Part shown: positions 28,332 to 43,280 of the stretch, in pieces
Layout: the number at the start of each line of letters is the position of its first letter
How positions within the stretch are numbered: the stretch's first letter is position 1
Assembly: GCF_009914755.1 (NCBI RefSeq)
Contig: NC_060937.1
Source of the DNA: the human T2T-CHM13v2.0 reference genome, Homo sapiens
Length of the DNA stretch: 64,000 bases
Strand: one strand, 5' to 3'
Made by a program: the position numbers and the translations under genes
Notes under the pieces: model-generated
Told to the model about the DNA's origin: nothing
The model's input: the letters and a program-made list of their open reading frames with translations, nothing else
Database searches by the model: none

Positions 28332-29419
28332 AGAATTGTTATCTTCCTCTTCCACCTGGGAGATTTCCCTGAACACCCTGCTAGGAGGCTTTTCTCCTCA
28401 GTTCCTCCAGATCTGCGCGCTCCGTCTGGCCTCGGCCTTGGGCTCTCCTGAGAGGTGCTCATAGGCAGCCCCTCCCTCTAGAACTGCAGGCCCTGTCCTC
28501 TCCTCTCCCACTGCTTCCCATCATGCGCTCTGAGCATCTTTTCTCTCTGATCCACTACAGTGCTCATTTAGGTCTCAACAGAGACCATGCTCTACTTGTG
28601 TTTATCTAAGATTTTTTCCAGTAGGAAATCAGGCATTGGCTATAAAGCAAGGCACGTGTGGGACTCAAATCTCTATTCTCCCTGTCCTTGTTCAAGCCAC
28701 TTGCCTCAGCCTCTGCCTCCAACTGCTGTCTTTGGATGCCCATTCCCGATGCCTGCCTGCTGTGCAGCTGTGGATATGCTGCATGGGCAGCCCTGGTGGG
28801 GGGAGTCTGGCCTTGGCAGCCCCTGCCCAGACCCAGTCTGTTCGAGGTCTCCTTGCCCCAAGGCTCAGTAGTAGAGAGCACAGCTACTACCACCTCCCTC
28901 ATCTCCTGGGCCCGGGAGACCCAGGCCACAGGCACCGTGGCCTCCATCCAGGGGTCTCTGTCCAGCTCCTCTAGGCTGCAACTGTTCCAAGAATCCCCCA
29001 GTGCCCATCCCAGCCTCCTGTCAGGTCCAGAGTGGGAGGCAAGAAAGTCCTTCGTTCACTTCTAGGACTCCAGCAGAGCTGAAGCCTACCCTCCTCCAGG
29101 CCCACCCCACCCTCCAGCCCACTCCCTCCCAGGCCCACCCACCGTCCCGCCCACAGGAGCTGCTGGGCTCAGAGAAGCGCCGGCTGAAGCTGGAAGGAGA
29201 GGAGACATGCCCAGCCCTCCTGGCTTCCAGAAGCCTGTTGCACGGCTCATTCCACAGGCGCCCTGCACCGCTGGTGTTAATAAGGACAATCACATTAAGG
29301 GAGTTCCTGCCAAGGCCTTTCGGAAGTAGTCAGTTACAGCTCCGAATGTTCATTTATTTTCATAATCCCTCGTGGAATTAGGATGCACAGAGTGGCAGAT
29401 ACACGCTTGATGAGTAACA

Positions 29420-29670
29420 ATCACTGCTCCTGACATTGGTACCATTTTCACGCGCTTGCCCTCTCTGGGCTCTGTGCTAAGTAACCCTACGTTTTAACTA
29501 CATCCTCCCCCTTAATCTTCATAACATTGGTAAACGTGGCATTATTGTTTTTCCTTTTCAGATGGGAAAATAAATGCCTCAAGAAGCTGCACAGATTGCC
29601 CCAAGACTCTCAGGAGGTGAGTGGCCATAGTGGCGTGGGAGCCCAGGTCTGGCGGTTCCAAAGCCTGCTG
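29420..29670 (-). mobile_element. MIR (MIRb-like)
   Basis: ctctgtgctaag...ttaatcttcataac...ttttcagatgggaaaa...gcccaggtctg..tccaaagcc. Confidence 0.7.
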
Positions 29671-29689
29671 GGTCTTTGTGGCATATACA

Positions 29690-29830
29690 TGCTTTGCAGC
29701 TCTCTACCTGACAGCTGCCTGTCCCCTGGACTGTGAGGCCCAGGAGAACAGACGTCCTGTGTGTTTTCTTCACCACATGGCCCTGACACGGCCGGCCCAG
29801 GGCCCTCTGCAAACACTAGTGAATGAGCAA
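29690..29830 (+). mobile_element. L2 3' end fragment
   Basis: ctggactgtgaggcccaggagaacagac...tagtgaatgagc. Confidence 0.5.
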
Positions 29831-32399
29831 ACCAGCCAACCCACAGAAGAGCTTCTCTTCCATCCTCTAATGACCAGGGCGTTCTTCTTCATGATCTCTG
29901 GCCACTTGCTGGCTTCGCCCATGAACATGGGATGAGCAGAGGGAGGCGTGGAGATGTGGGGGATTAGCGAGTGCTCTGAGGATGATGCTGGCTTGGGTAT
30001 CATGGACCCTGGGTCTCATGGGGCAGAGGAAACAGGGGTGGGCTGAGTTCAGGGCAGGAGCTCGGAGAGCTGGCTCAGCCACCTGGCCGGCCCTCCCATG
30101 AGTGGCTTCAGCAGAAGCCCCAGCTCAGCCCCGGGACACTGAATTGGAATGCAGACACCTCCTGGGGCTTTCGAAGGCGGGATCTGCAGACCCCAGAGTG
30201 CAGAAAGGGTCGTTGTGCTGACAGGAGCCAGCAGGCGTGATGGCAGGAGGAACACAAGCCCGGGGCAGCTGGGCAGAGCAAAGGGGGCCCAGCCCAAGCC
30301 CACTCCGCAGGCTGAGCCCTTGGAGCCTGTGTGAGGACGCCAGGGTGTGCTGAGCACCGGGGCCTTGCACGGCTCTTTGCACACTCCCCCCACCCCCGGG
30401 GCATCCATCTGTGTCCATGGGGGCTTCCAGCAGACCCACCCTGGCCAAGGGCCGCCCAGGAGGGGCTGCGCTCTGCAACTCTCATCCCCCACCTGGCACA
30501 CACTGCCAGTGAAGTGAGTTCATAGGTGAAGGAAGGCGTGTGCATTGAAAGACGGGGATGAAAAAGTTCTATTTTCCAATTGTACTTTTCCTCCCTGAGG
30601 GAGAACGTTTTGGAAAGAGTAATGATTGTGATGACAAATGTATCTTAAGATGAGGGCTGGCACGTCTTTCCTCATCAATTTCTATTCTTTGGGTCATTAA
30701 ACCCTGAAGTGTTAAGTGGAAAGATGCTCACTGAACTGAGGCGGCCCTTTGGGGCCATGTAGGGGAGGCGATCCCCAGGCCTTCTTAGCGTCCATCGGAT
30801 AGCAGTGTTTTGTGAAATCTTTGCACATCCACCTACAAAGTGGTTTTTAAAGCGGCCTGCAGTTTTGACGGGACACACTGTCAACCCACATTCCACCTGC
30901 CCTCCAGCCATGCCTGTTTCCCACGGCTCTGGTGTGTCAGCCTTGCACACATCATGTATCCAGAGCCCTCTCTGCCTGCCAGACACAGCCACAGGCAGCA
31001 AACATGCCCCGAGCAGCCGCTGTAATGTCTGGACAAAAAGAACGTCTGATGGCCACAGAGCTTGGGCCTCCTTTTCTAGTAAAATCCCATGTCCATGTTC
31101 CTACAAGCATCCGGTGGTCACCTGGCCGGTGCCTCTGTGGAGCCAGTAAGAAGCAGCAGCTCCCCTCAGTTGAAGCCCCACTTACAATGTGTCAGCCTCA
31201 CCCCTGCAAGAGGTGCGGGCCCTCCCTTGATGGCTAGGACGGAATCCGGGCCCAGCCCGTCACCTTCCTCCCATGCTTGGGGACCGCTGCCCCCCCATCC
31301 CCCCGCCCCCAGGCCTGAGTGGAAGGCGCTTCTGGAGAACGTTCTGTTGGTCTCAAGTCTCCGGTGTCAGCTCCCTTGCTTGAGTTTGAGTTGAATTCCG
31401 GGAATGGCTCAGGGCCCGTGTCCCTGCAGCAGCCTGTTCTATGGGTGGTGCTGCATCCTGCAGGCTGGGTGCTCCTGGGGGCTGAGACCTCAGGCTGGCC
31501 GCTGACCCCTGATGGCATCCACCACACTGTGTGGGGGCGGTTCTTAGCCAGGCAGGAAGCACCCCCAGAGGATGCTGGAAGGAATGTCCTCACAGCTCAC
31601 AGGAGACCCTTTGGTTTCCTCAGCCATCCCCCAGAGAAGCCGCAGGCATCATCTTTGGGAGTGGCAGGTGACATCCTAGGGTTTTCCTTGTGTAACCTCA
31701 GGCACCTGGAGTCCCGGCTGCTGCTCCATGCCACCCTGAGGCACATACCTATCGCCAGTGGGCATGAATGGCCCCTGTGTTTCCCTCCTTTGTAATGTCG
31801 GGGCAGGTGGCAGAACGGCCACGTCAAGGTCATATCCAAACCCAGGAAGTCCTCAGCGCAGCAGAGGCTGACTTCCTGATTCACCTGCTACTGTCTCCTG
31901 AGGCCTCAATAAAATAATAGTAAGGAGGTTTTTTTTTAAAGGACACAAACGCAGGACAGACAGCTGTGGGAAAGAGGCAATAGGAACACATTTTGGAAGC
32001 TGCACAACAGATGCATGAGGAGGGACTGAATTAGCTGAGGCGAGCTGCTGAGAGCTGAGCTGCAGAGGCCATCATGACCGAGGATGTGCATTTATCCTGG
32101 GCTCTCAAGGAGGGTAAGGGACAGGGCTTCCAGGGTACCAGGTGGATAGCGGGACTGGGAGTGGCAAGACTATTTCAGAAGCAGGTGCTTGGCCAGGTGT
32201 TCCTCCACCCCCAGGTAGCCTGCCACGCCCACCTCAGGTGGAGTCTGGAGGATGGGGAAGAGACTCCAGACTGAGGGCACTGGGCAGAGCCAAGGGCAAG
32301 AGGATTCAGGGTTTCTTTGTTGTCACAGGATGCGGGGGCTGCCTCTTTTTTTGGGTGGTTTCCCAGGTCACTGGCTGAAAGCACGTCAGATCCCTGGCA

Positions 32400-33330
32400 G
32401 GAAGATGAAGGATTCCTTTTTAGGGAGACTTATGGACTCAAAGAAAAAAAAAAGATTCTAAACACTTCCAGAGATTTAAAAACAAGTAAAGGACTAGAAT
32501 CAAGGTTTATTAGTCTTCTCAACAGCAATATTTGAAGCCAGGAGGTAATGGAAAATTGTCTTCAAAATTTTATGGGAAAAATAGTTTTCTACTAGAATTT
32601 TAACCCAAATGAACAAACTATCAATCGAGACAATTCAGACACACAATTGTTCAATAAACACATGTCTCACTCTTTCAGTGAGGCTCTGAGAGATGTACCC
32701 CACAAAATGAGAGACAAAGACTTGGGATTCAAGAAACCAAGAATCCAAAAGGAAAGAGGCAATGGGAATCCCCAGAGTGAAAGGGAAGGGAAGCTAAGGA
32801 ATCCGGTGCTGAAGAGGAAGGGAGGCTGCAGGAGGGGCATCTCCCAGGGATGATGAAAACACAAAGGGCCTTTTGCATTTGGAGAGGAGATTTACAATTC
32901 TCACAGAGAATTTAGGGCTGAGTTAGTGATATGTATATGAAAAATGAATCCAATGAAAAAGCAATTAAGTCCAGGAAAAACAAACTAAAAAAAAAATTAT
33001 TTAAGGAGGAAACTGTATTTATAGTACACTACATGTCTCAGCTGTGAGTGATATTTATACAATGTCATGACATTTAATTGATCTACTGGAATACTGATCT
33101 GTTCAGACATTACAAACAGCAGTGGGTGTGTGGGGTAGGAAAGACCTTGATAACAAGTAGGGACATGGTACAGAGATGCTGAATTCTTATTTTTCATTAC
33201 ATGAAGTCAGTAGCCAAAACTGAACAAAATAAAGTCAGCAAATAGAAATATAAGCATGCTATTTAGAAATGTGGGGATAAACAGGTGCAGTTTTAGCTTT
33301 TAAGTGGATTACCTCTGGGGACTGGAATGG
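32400..33330 (+). mobile_element. Old L1/HAL1-like fragment (ORF1 region)
   Basis: ttctcaacagcaatatttgaagccaggaggtaatggaaaattgtcttcaaaatt...ctagaatttta; A-rich. Confidence 0.55.
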
Positions 33331-33365
33331 ACACTGCCCTGCAGATCTGTTGGTGGGTTTTTGTG

Positions 33366-33368
<3 letters not shown>

Positions 33369-33408
<40 letters not shown>
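33369..33408. repeat. (TG)20 microsatellite in an Alu tail
   Basis: Uninterrupted TG run. Confidence 0.98.
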
Positions 33409-33739
<331 letters not shown>

Positions 33740-33764
33740 CTAATGGAGGTTTATTTTCCTGTTT

Positions 33765-33922
33765 TTTACTTTTTTAGATACAGGGTCTCACTCTGTTGCC
33801 TAGGCTGGAGTGCAGTGGCGAGATCATGGATCACAACAGCCTCAAACTCCTGGCTTCAAGCAGTCCGCCTACTTCAGCCTCCAAGTAGCTCGAACAACAG
33901 GCATGTACTACTGCACCCAGCC
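33765..33922 (-). mobile_element. Alu monomer (FAM/FRAM-like)
   Basis: agggtctcactctgttgcctaggctggagtgcagtgg...ctgcacccagcc. Confidence 0.85.
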
Positions 33923-33959
33923 TGGGCTTTTAACCTATGTACATTAAATGTATAACTGA

Positions 33960-34288
<329 letters not shown>

Positions 34289-35469
34289 CACTTTCTGGCA
34301 TTTTCCAGCATTCATACAATTGATGAGTATGAATAATTCAAGACCAGAAACTGGTATTTTTTTTGCAATTAGGTAAAAAAAAAATTAACTGATTTTCACC
34401 TCATTATCTAATTATTCCCTATTCCCTAATTATCTGTGTGGACTTCGCAATAATTGGAAATGGTAAAAGATGAGGTGGAAAAGAAGTCAAGATGTATGTG
34501 TAATGGGCTGTAGTGCTATTCCTGGTCTTAAATGGGCAACAAGGAAAACTGTCTTTCCCTGAGCAGGGCGTCGGCCCCTCTAAGCTGTATTCTGTATGTA
34601 GGTGTCTGAGTGAAAATTCCACTCGGATAGTTTCAGTGCATTCATGCTCCATGTAATGCTGTTTGGAATATATATTTAACCAGAAAGGTAATTTCGCCGC
34701 CTCCTTTATCTCTGCTTCTTACCTGAAAAGAGAGTTATAGTGTTGAGTCCTGCCCCCTTGAGTTCCTGCCTTGGTCCAACCGAGGACAACACAGGAGCTC
34801 TGCAGGAATTACTGGGGTCTGGGTCTCAGATGCGGCTGGGTGCTCTTTCTCTCCCGGGTCCCCTCACCCACAGTCACCGCTGTGCACAGTTCCCGGGGAG
34901 CAGGGCTGCGGGCCAGGTGCAGCAGGGGCCTGTGTTCATGTGACCCTTGGCATGTCCGCCTCATCCTCAGTGTGCTCAGGGGCCAATCCCAGTCCGTGAT
35001 GAGGACCAGCATCGGCCCGGGAACACTGGGTCACACTTGTCAGACAAGGACCAACTTCTCTTTCTGTGCTGGCTCCATTGCCCCAAACTTGAAGGGACAG
35101 GACAGGCGTCCCTGACTGTGCGAGGGGTACAGGAGCCCCACACCGGGAGCTTCGCCCACCCCAGGCTCTGCCAGGTACCCGGGACGCCGGCAGGTCCTGA
35201 ATGTGAGGGGAGGCTGGGGCTGCTGTCCAGGTCCTGTCCCTCCCACCGGCTCAGGGCAGCCTCACTGCTGCTGGGTGACCCCAGCTACACTCTGGGGGTG
35301 ACAGAGCAGGGAGCCCCACCTGGGCATCATGGATGTAATGGGGGAAGGCACCCTAGAACTCAGCCGGCCTCCGTGTGGGGGAGCATCTTTGTTTAAGCCA
35401 AGGCTAGTGGGGATCTGATGGGTAAACTGAGGAAACAGCTGTGCTCAAGTCATGAGTAGGGCAGGATCT

Positions 35470-35640
35470 GCCTCCCCCATGCTGGATGGGGCCTGGGACC
35501 CCAGAGCACCAGAAAATGAGTCCAGGCCTCCCCCACGCTGGAGAGGCCCTGGGATCCTGGAGCAAAAATTGAGTCCAGGCCTCTCCCATGCTGGATGGGC
35601 CCTGGGATCCCGGAGAACACCAGAAAGTGAGTCCAGGCCT
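35470..35640. repeat. Tandem repeat, about 55-bp unit, 3 copies
   Basis: cctcYcccaYgctgga...tgagtccaggcct three times. Confidence 0.85.
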
Positions 35641-36076
35641 GAGTGTAAGGACAAGGACATGAGCCCAGAGGGACAGGACCCTCCTAGGCGCACGGCAAGG
35701 TGCGCAGGCGGTTAGAACAGGTGCTAGGGAGGGTCCCGCAGCCCCCGGAGCAGGCGAGGCTGCCAGGTGGCTGCCACCTTCCTTCCCCCCAGCACACCAG
35801 TTTCCAGCAGGGCTTCTGTGAGCATTTTGGTTCCCCAAGCAGCCCACAGCAGGTTCTGTTCCCAGGCCCTAGAGAGAGCCCATGGCTCTGGTCACCAGGA
35901 AAATATGCTCAAAATGAGGCTGTGCTTCCTGTTCTGTGGCTTCAGAGACCTGCACACTGTCTGCCCTATGGCCCCATGTCTGTTGGTGTAGACAGACTGT
36001 TCTGATTAAAACATCACTCCTGTTCCCTCCAGAGAGCATGTCTTCTCCTCACCCACCACCACCTCCACCCACAGAT

Positions 36077-36261
36077 CAGGGCTTCTCAAACTGCAGCGCC
36101 TGTTAGAACACCCAGCACGGTTTGCTGAGACACAGGGGCTACGTCCCATCCCTGAGTCGCCATCCAGAGGACGCAGGTGCAACGGAAGAACTCGCTGAGC
36201 TTATGAGTTCCCAGGTGATGCTGATGCTGCAGGTCTGGAAGGCCTCCTCTGAGAACCACGG
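36077..36261. mobile_element. MER5A hAT MITE
   Basis: cagggcttctcaaact...ttcccaggtgatgctgatgctgc...tgagaaccac. Confidence 0.8.
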
Positions 36262-37150
36262 GCCAGGCTCTTACAGAGATCGAACAGTAGGAGATGGCAC
36301 AAGGGGTCGCAGTGGCCCATAAATAGCCTCAAATTCCGCCAGCATTCAGCTTGATCTTTTCCCTCCTGGTAAACAGGGTTGGAACCCCGACGCCTCCCCC
36401 CTCTACCACAGAAAGGCACGTCTGAGCCCCGCTTGGCCCCCAGGTGCTGTCCTCTGCCCACGTGTGGCCTCAATGCCGTCTCATCTGGACCTTTGTAAAG
36501 AAAGCGGTTTTCAATTAGAGCCTGTGCTGTCTGCGCGCCCAGGGCACTCACCCAGGCGGCCGTACGAGAGGCCCATCTCTCAAGGGCCACTGTGAAGCAC
36601 CCTTGTCCAGATGTCAGCACAGTCCCGCGGCCGTGGCAGCGCCCACGTCTTGGAGGTAGCATATGTGTTGCAGTGCGAACAGCGTTATGCTTCCCCGCTG
36701 GCCAGGTCCTAACTGAGAGACTCAGGGAGCCAATTACCCCTCACTCTCCAGACCACCGTTCTGGGGGAAGGAGGGGGTGCAGGTCCAGTGCTGATGATAA
36801 AAGCTCAGGAAAAACAGGCATCATTTCAGCAGATCATGCCTCTTCAGGCAGGCCTTCCTTCTGGCGCTCACTGTTGGATGCAGGGAGGCCGTAGGTGTGT
36901 CTGGGTCCTCTGGAGGGTGGGAGCCTCCACTATCCTGCAAGTCTGGTCACCAGGGACCCAGCACAGGCCCAGGGCTGCTGCAATGGGACATGCTGTAAAA
37001 GTGATTGTAAACAGGGCAGAAAAATGAATAGAAAAATAGAAGGCTTTTCTAGGGTTTGTGTCTAGAAATATGTGACCACAAAATATAAGTCTACAGCATC
37101 TCTGCAGAATTGACTTTCGGAGTCACCCAAGAATAAGAAATGTGAGGCAT

Positions 37151-37657
<507 letters not shown>

Positions 37658-39679
37658 TTATAGTCTTCGGAGCACTTTTTAAAAAAATAGCTTTAGTGAA
37701 CCCCAAAAGCATACACTTTTGTTTTGCTTACTAAAACTCAGATTTCAGTGGTTGCAACATAGAATTTGTGTGAGAGGAACCCCTGGCCTCATCCTCCAAG
37801 TCTGCCTCTACTGTTTACTTGTAAGACAAACTTAAAGGGAGAGGCAGGAGCATGGCCTGAGGCAGGCGTCTCAGACCCGAGGGCGCACGAGGAAGCTCAC
37901 GGGAGCTGTCAGGGTCAGAGATGTGACCCTGGAGACCCCATGGAGGGAGTGAGGTAGGCAGGAGGGGGACCCCCTGGGCCCTCCCTGTCCCCGTAGCACC
38001 AGCCCCTGTCCCTCTTCATACCCCAGCCCCCCTCCAGTCCCATGTGCCTGGAAGGTCTCCTCTGGCCCATCATCCTCCGGGGGACCTGGGATGTAACCTG
38101 TGAGACATTTGCCATCTCGGCAGAGCACATGGCCCACGGCCCAGCCTCTGACCGACCAGGAAGGCAGAAGAGTTTCTGGGGCATGTGGGTCAGCACAGAC
38201 ACGCGCTGGTGAGCAGACAGTTGGGCCTCTCCCCACACAGACTCCTCTCCATGCTGGGCCCAGAGCACTGGCACCCATGCCCAGAGTTTCCCCACCACTC
38301 CTGAACCTGAGGTGGAAGAAGGCAGGAAGCCAGGCCCGAGCCGTCCAGCTGGACAGAAGGACAGCAGCAGACTCAGCCCCTCCCCACTCAGGGCCAGTCC
38401 CTGGGGCCCCCGGGGAAGGAAGGCCCAGCCCGAGGGGTGGTGCGTGCCCTCTGACCCGGACGTGCCCCTGGGTTCACAGTTCAGCACAATACCTGCCAAG
38501 GGCTGACCCATTAGCAGCCACACAGCATCCTGCGCACCATTTGGGTTCTTGCCCCGTTTCAGGCCCCCCGAGGCATGTTTGCTCTGAGATGCTTGCCTTG
38601 TGCTGCCCGGTCACCGCTGTGCCACCTCTGCCCAGTGGGCTCTGCTATCCTATCCTTCCCGCCCCGAACCGGACTCTTGTCTGTTAAGTGGGCTGTGGTG
38701 TGAGTGGGGACAGATGCTGAGGGCGTGACGGCCACCACTTTCATGGTGGAATCTGGGGTAGCGGCCGTCGGAAGGGGAGAGCAGTAAGAGTTCAGGGGTT
38801 TCTTCCCATACGCCTCAAGGGACCCCCATGGACAGGAGGGGACATAGAGGAGGGGCCAGGTTTTCCCAGATTTAGGGGGTGGGATGCAGAGGGGGCTGCA
38901 CCCGGGACGGGGCAGGCCCAGGCAGGAGTGGCATGGACTCATTCGGTGGCCTCCCGGGAGGGACTCCGGCATCGCTCGCCGCCTCAGATTTGCCGCCTCA
39001 GATTTGCCACAAAAACTGGCTGTGGCTGCCAGTTATGCTTGGGGCCGGACCCCACATTTTTCTGAATCCAACATCCCTGCCATCCCTGTCCCATCCACCA
39101 ACGGGAGTGAGGGAAGTTTCCAGATCACTCAGAGGAGAGCGGGCACTTGGCCATCACCTGGCCCTACAGGCGGCCTCTACCCACATGGTTGTGCCTGCTG
39201 CATCCACACTGCTCATGGGACGTGCTCACTCAGGCCTGGAACACTCTCTGTATCCCCTGCTCGCTGGGCCCCCTCTCTTAGAAAGTGCCAGATACCACTT
39301 TGAGTGCGACCCCCTAAGCCTCCACTGCCCCCATGCCTGCTGGGTGCGTGCCACAAGCCTCGGCTCCCCGTTCCGCCCGCGCCTGCCCACCCGGGCCCTG
39401 GCCCATCCTTGGGTCCCGGGCAGCGCGTCTGTCCGCCTCTCCCCGAATTGCCTGAAGGCAGAGGCTGTGCTGTGTCTGCAAAACAAAAACAGAGCCCTGC
39501 TCCCGCCTGAGTGAGCCCCGCTCCCACTGCTCTCCTGCACCTTCCCATCCTCACAGTGCCCGGCCTTGCTGTCTGCCCACCTTGACCCACCCGTGTGTTC
39601 TGTGGGGTCCGTGGTCTGGACTTCACAGAGCTGCCGGCCCCTCGCAGAGGCTCGAGTCACCCCTCTCCCTGCACACGTT

Positions 39680-40100
39680 GCACTTCCCTTGATTCAAAAT
39701 CCTGCAGCGACATCACATTCCACTCGGATTAAAAGCAAAATCCGCAGCACTGGCTTGTGACCCACGCAGTCTGCACGGTCGGCTTCCCTCCTGGCTTATC
39801 TCCTGCCATCTCCTCTTCGCCAAGTGGCTCTGGCCACCCATCCGTGCCCTAGTCAAGGCCAGCCCACCTCAGACTCACTCCCTCCTGCCCACGAGCCTGG
39901 GCTCCAGGGTCCTCCCATGAAGGAGTCCTCCCTGATCTCTCCATGAATCCAATGCCCCCAGTCAGCACCCCCTGCCCTCTGGCTCACCGTGGACATTCTA
40001 CACGCAGACCTGGCATGGCTCTCCCTGCTGTCTATCCTCTCACCAGCACAAACTCGGTGCCACACAGGGATCTCGATAACCAGGCCTTTCTGAACAAATT
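39680..40100 (+). mobile_element. Probable L2 fragments
   Basis: cttgattcaaaatcctgcagcg..cattccactcggattaaaagcaaaatcc resembles L2. Confidence 0.45.
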
Positions 40101-42734
40101 TACCATCACCCTCCACCATGGTGCTTCAACTGTCAGGCTGAATGTGCCAGTGATGCGTTATGATCATCAGCACGGATGATTTCTGTGTGTGCCATGCATG
40201 ACGTGTGGTTCTATGACATTACACCTGTCCGCTGTGAGCCAGGGCTGACACAGGCCTGCATCTGGCCTAAACCATCCTCACATCCAAGTACTGCTTTCTG
40301 TGGGGTTTTCCTGCTCAGTTCCAGTCTGTCTCTGAGCCTAGCATCCCAGTCCACAAAGGAAGAAACTGAGGTTGAGAGAGACCAGAAGCTTGCCCTAGAT
40401 AACACAACTGACCACCGCAAAGCTAAGGGAAGACAGACCCAGACCGTTTATCGCTGTGCTACCACGGGAGTGCCTGATGTGACAGGTCTCGCGTCAATAT
40501 CTCTTTACACTTAGAATCTGAGATTGTGGAGTTAATGTACTTCCGTGAAGCTACACTTTATATGGAGTGTCTCAAAGAGTACAGTTGCAAAAATTATTAG
40601 AGTGTTCGGCTCATAGGATATCATTCAGTGTTGCCCAGCTGTGGTGGTGATCGTTTATTAGTAGTGAAAACATTCTCCTAGTTGTTCAAAATCATCTCTG
40701 GACTGATAAGTATACCATATAAATATTTTATAGGTGTAATTCAATTAATCTCCACAGGAAAATTTCTGTTGGATGCATGTAAGCATACTGTTTAAATTGT
40801 GCATCTTCATTCCTTCCACTCCAGTGACTGAGACTGTGGAGAACAGACTCAAAACTGCAGCAAAGCGCTTATTCTTTTTTCATCACCTGTCAAATTATTA
40901 CTGTGACGCCCGTACTTGGTGGTGAAACATTGTGATCCACAGCTATCTAGTAACGAGACGCCAAGTGTGAGCTGTGCATTGAGTTTAGGTAATGTACCAG
41001 AAAACATGGCATGAAAACACTAATTTTCTCAATATATATTAGTAGACACGGTGTTTACCAATGAGAAGTGAAGATGTTTTTAAACAGAGTTTGTTAACTC
41101 AAAGTCTTGGCCAGGCTGCATGCCCCTGTTCTCTAGCTTGTGTTAGAATTGAGGGCGGGGGTCTCCCCAAGGCGGGCACCGTGTTGGCCACACCACTCAA
41201 ACCCACATGTCCCAGGGAGTGTCCTATGCCATATGGACTCAGCCTCGAACGTAGCCATGGCATACTGCCCAGGCACTGCCAGCATTCCTAGCATTGGGTC
41301 GGACGTGAATAGCTCCTCCCCTTTTCTCCAGCCCTTGTCTACGCAGCCTTCTGCCAGCCATGCACACCCAACTTTGGAAGGGGGACCTCCATACCCAGGC
41401 ACCCTTGAGCCAGGCATGCTACTGAAGGAGAGCAGTGAGCTATTATTAAAAATGCGTGTCAAGCTGTTGAGCAAGGAGCTAGTTTAATTTAATTTATCTG
41501 GCCTATAAAAATAAAATAAAGAGGAATGCATGCTATGTTATTAGCAGCCTTAGATGACACCAGCATTCAAACATTTTATTACCTTATTATTGAACAGCGT
41601 CTCCAGCAAGGGCCTCTTTGTCTCTTTTGCTATTCTTAGGAAACCTATTCTTCAGTTTTAAGGAATAACTGTTGTCTAAGAGCCTGAAGAAAAGATGGTA
41701 TCGTGTGGATTCTAAAAGTGGTTGATCTGAATGTGGTCCATGAAGAGCTCACTCCAGCTTTGCCCCCTTTGCCTCTCCGCTGGGCTCCTCCCCAGCTTTC
41801 TGTGCTGGGTTAGTCCCTGATATTTAGTGGGTTCCATTCTCGTACCTTTTAAAATAACCCTCCTGAGCCAACAGGGACAGGGAAGGGGGTCAAACCCGGA
41901 ATGTGTCCTCTGGCTGCCAAGGGCGGCCGACCCATCGCAGGAGCACGCGTGTGCTGATTGTCCTTGGGATTTTGACTGCCGGTGCCGTGTTTCCTATTCA
42001 AATTAAAGGGGTGGGGAAGAGCTGGGCCTTTGATCTCACACTGACACATACCTACCAACACTCAAGTGGGTGCAGAGTGACCAGCACTGCGTCAGCGGCA
42101 GCTCTCTGCACTCTGGTACCTGGTACAAGCATTAATTCAACAACCACATTTAAAAGCAGTTGTTCAAAGGCCCTGTGGATGGTAGAATGAGGCATTCAGC
42201 CCCGAAGAGCACTTCAGCCAGTGCAGGGTCACAGCGGAGTGGCCCTGTCAGTGCAGAACCCAGGGAACCGCGTCGGTTCAGATGGAGGGGCGTCCGCTTC
42301 AGCTTTCCTTATTTACATTTATAGCTAATTATTGCCACTTCATAATGATGCCCTGAGGACCCAAAGAACTGGGTCGGGCTGGAAGATATCTAAAGGGTTT
42401 GATCGGGAGGGCGAAGAGAATTCTATCTCAATGGAATTTAATAAATTAAGTACATTTTATACACCTATAATGTATTATTATAATAAAACTTTATTCAGGC
42501 TTTTTTGGTATGTGTGTAGAACATTTTGAATTTATGAAAAATCCTAAAGAAGAACAAAACACCATTCCTAACCTCAATCCCAGAGAGAAATCATTGTTAA
42601 TGGTATGGCCCTTCCTTGAGGCATTTCTACCACAAACATCCTACAGTTCCTGAAAGTCCTCAGTTCTGCAAAATTTCTTTGGCAAAATAGGGTTGGGACA
42701 GACCCTCAAAATCTATGGAACTTTGTAACTAGAG

Positions 42735-43062
42735 CCCTAACCCAAACCACAGAATGCAAATGTCTCTCCAGGGGACATTTGGCAATGTCTGGATACATTT
42801 TCAGTTGTCACAGCTGGGGAAGTATGCCTGGGTGGAGAGCAGGGGTACTGCTAAATGCCCCACAGCACACAGGGCAGCCCTTGAAGAGTGCCCATCGCCC
42901 ACCCTGCAGAGTGCCCATCGTCCACCATGCAGAGTGCCCATCGCCCACCATGCAGAGTGCCCATCGTCCACCATGCAGAGTGCCCATCGTCCACCATGCA
43001 GAGTGCCCATCGCCCACCATGCAGAGTGCCCATCGTCCACCATGCAGAGACAGAGAAACCCA
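42735..43062 (+). mobile_element. MER20 hAT MITE containing an internal VNTR
   Basis: ccaggggacatttggcaatgtctggatacatttt..gttgtcac; 3' end gagaaaccc lies after the array. Confidence 0.85.
42885..43048. repeat. VNTR, 23-bp unit, 7 copies
   Basis: agagtgcccatcgYccaccatgc at 42885, 42908, 42931, 42954, 42977, 43000, 43023. Confidence 0.95.
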
Positions 43063-43280
43063 GCCTGCCTTCCCTCCCGAAGGACCCAACAAAACCTCAC
43101 CTTCTCTATAATGTGCCACTCATGCCTCCCTCCCCATCTGCCCCATTATTGATTCATTTGTTCCTGTTGTCATTTGGTCATTTGCAGACATATCTTGAGT
43201 AGCCATTTGAGTAGCCGAAATGCTACAGATGTGAGCGTGTTGTGGCCCCATACAGGGTCCCATAGTCTAGAGAAGAAGCC

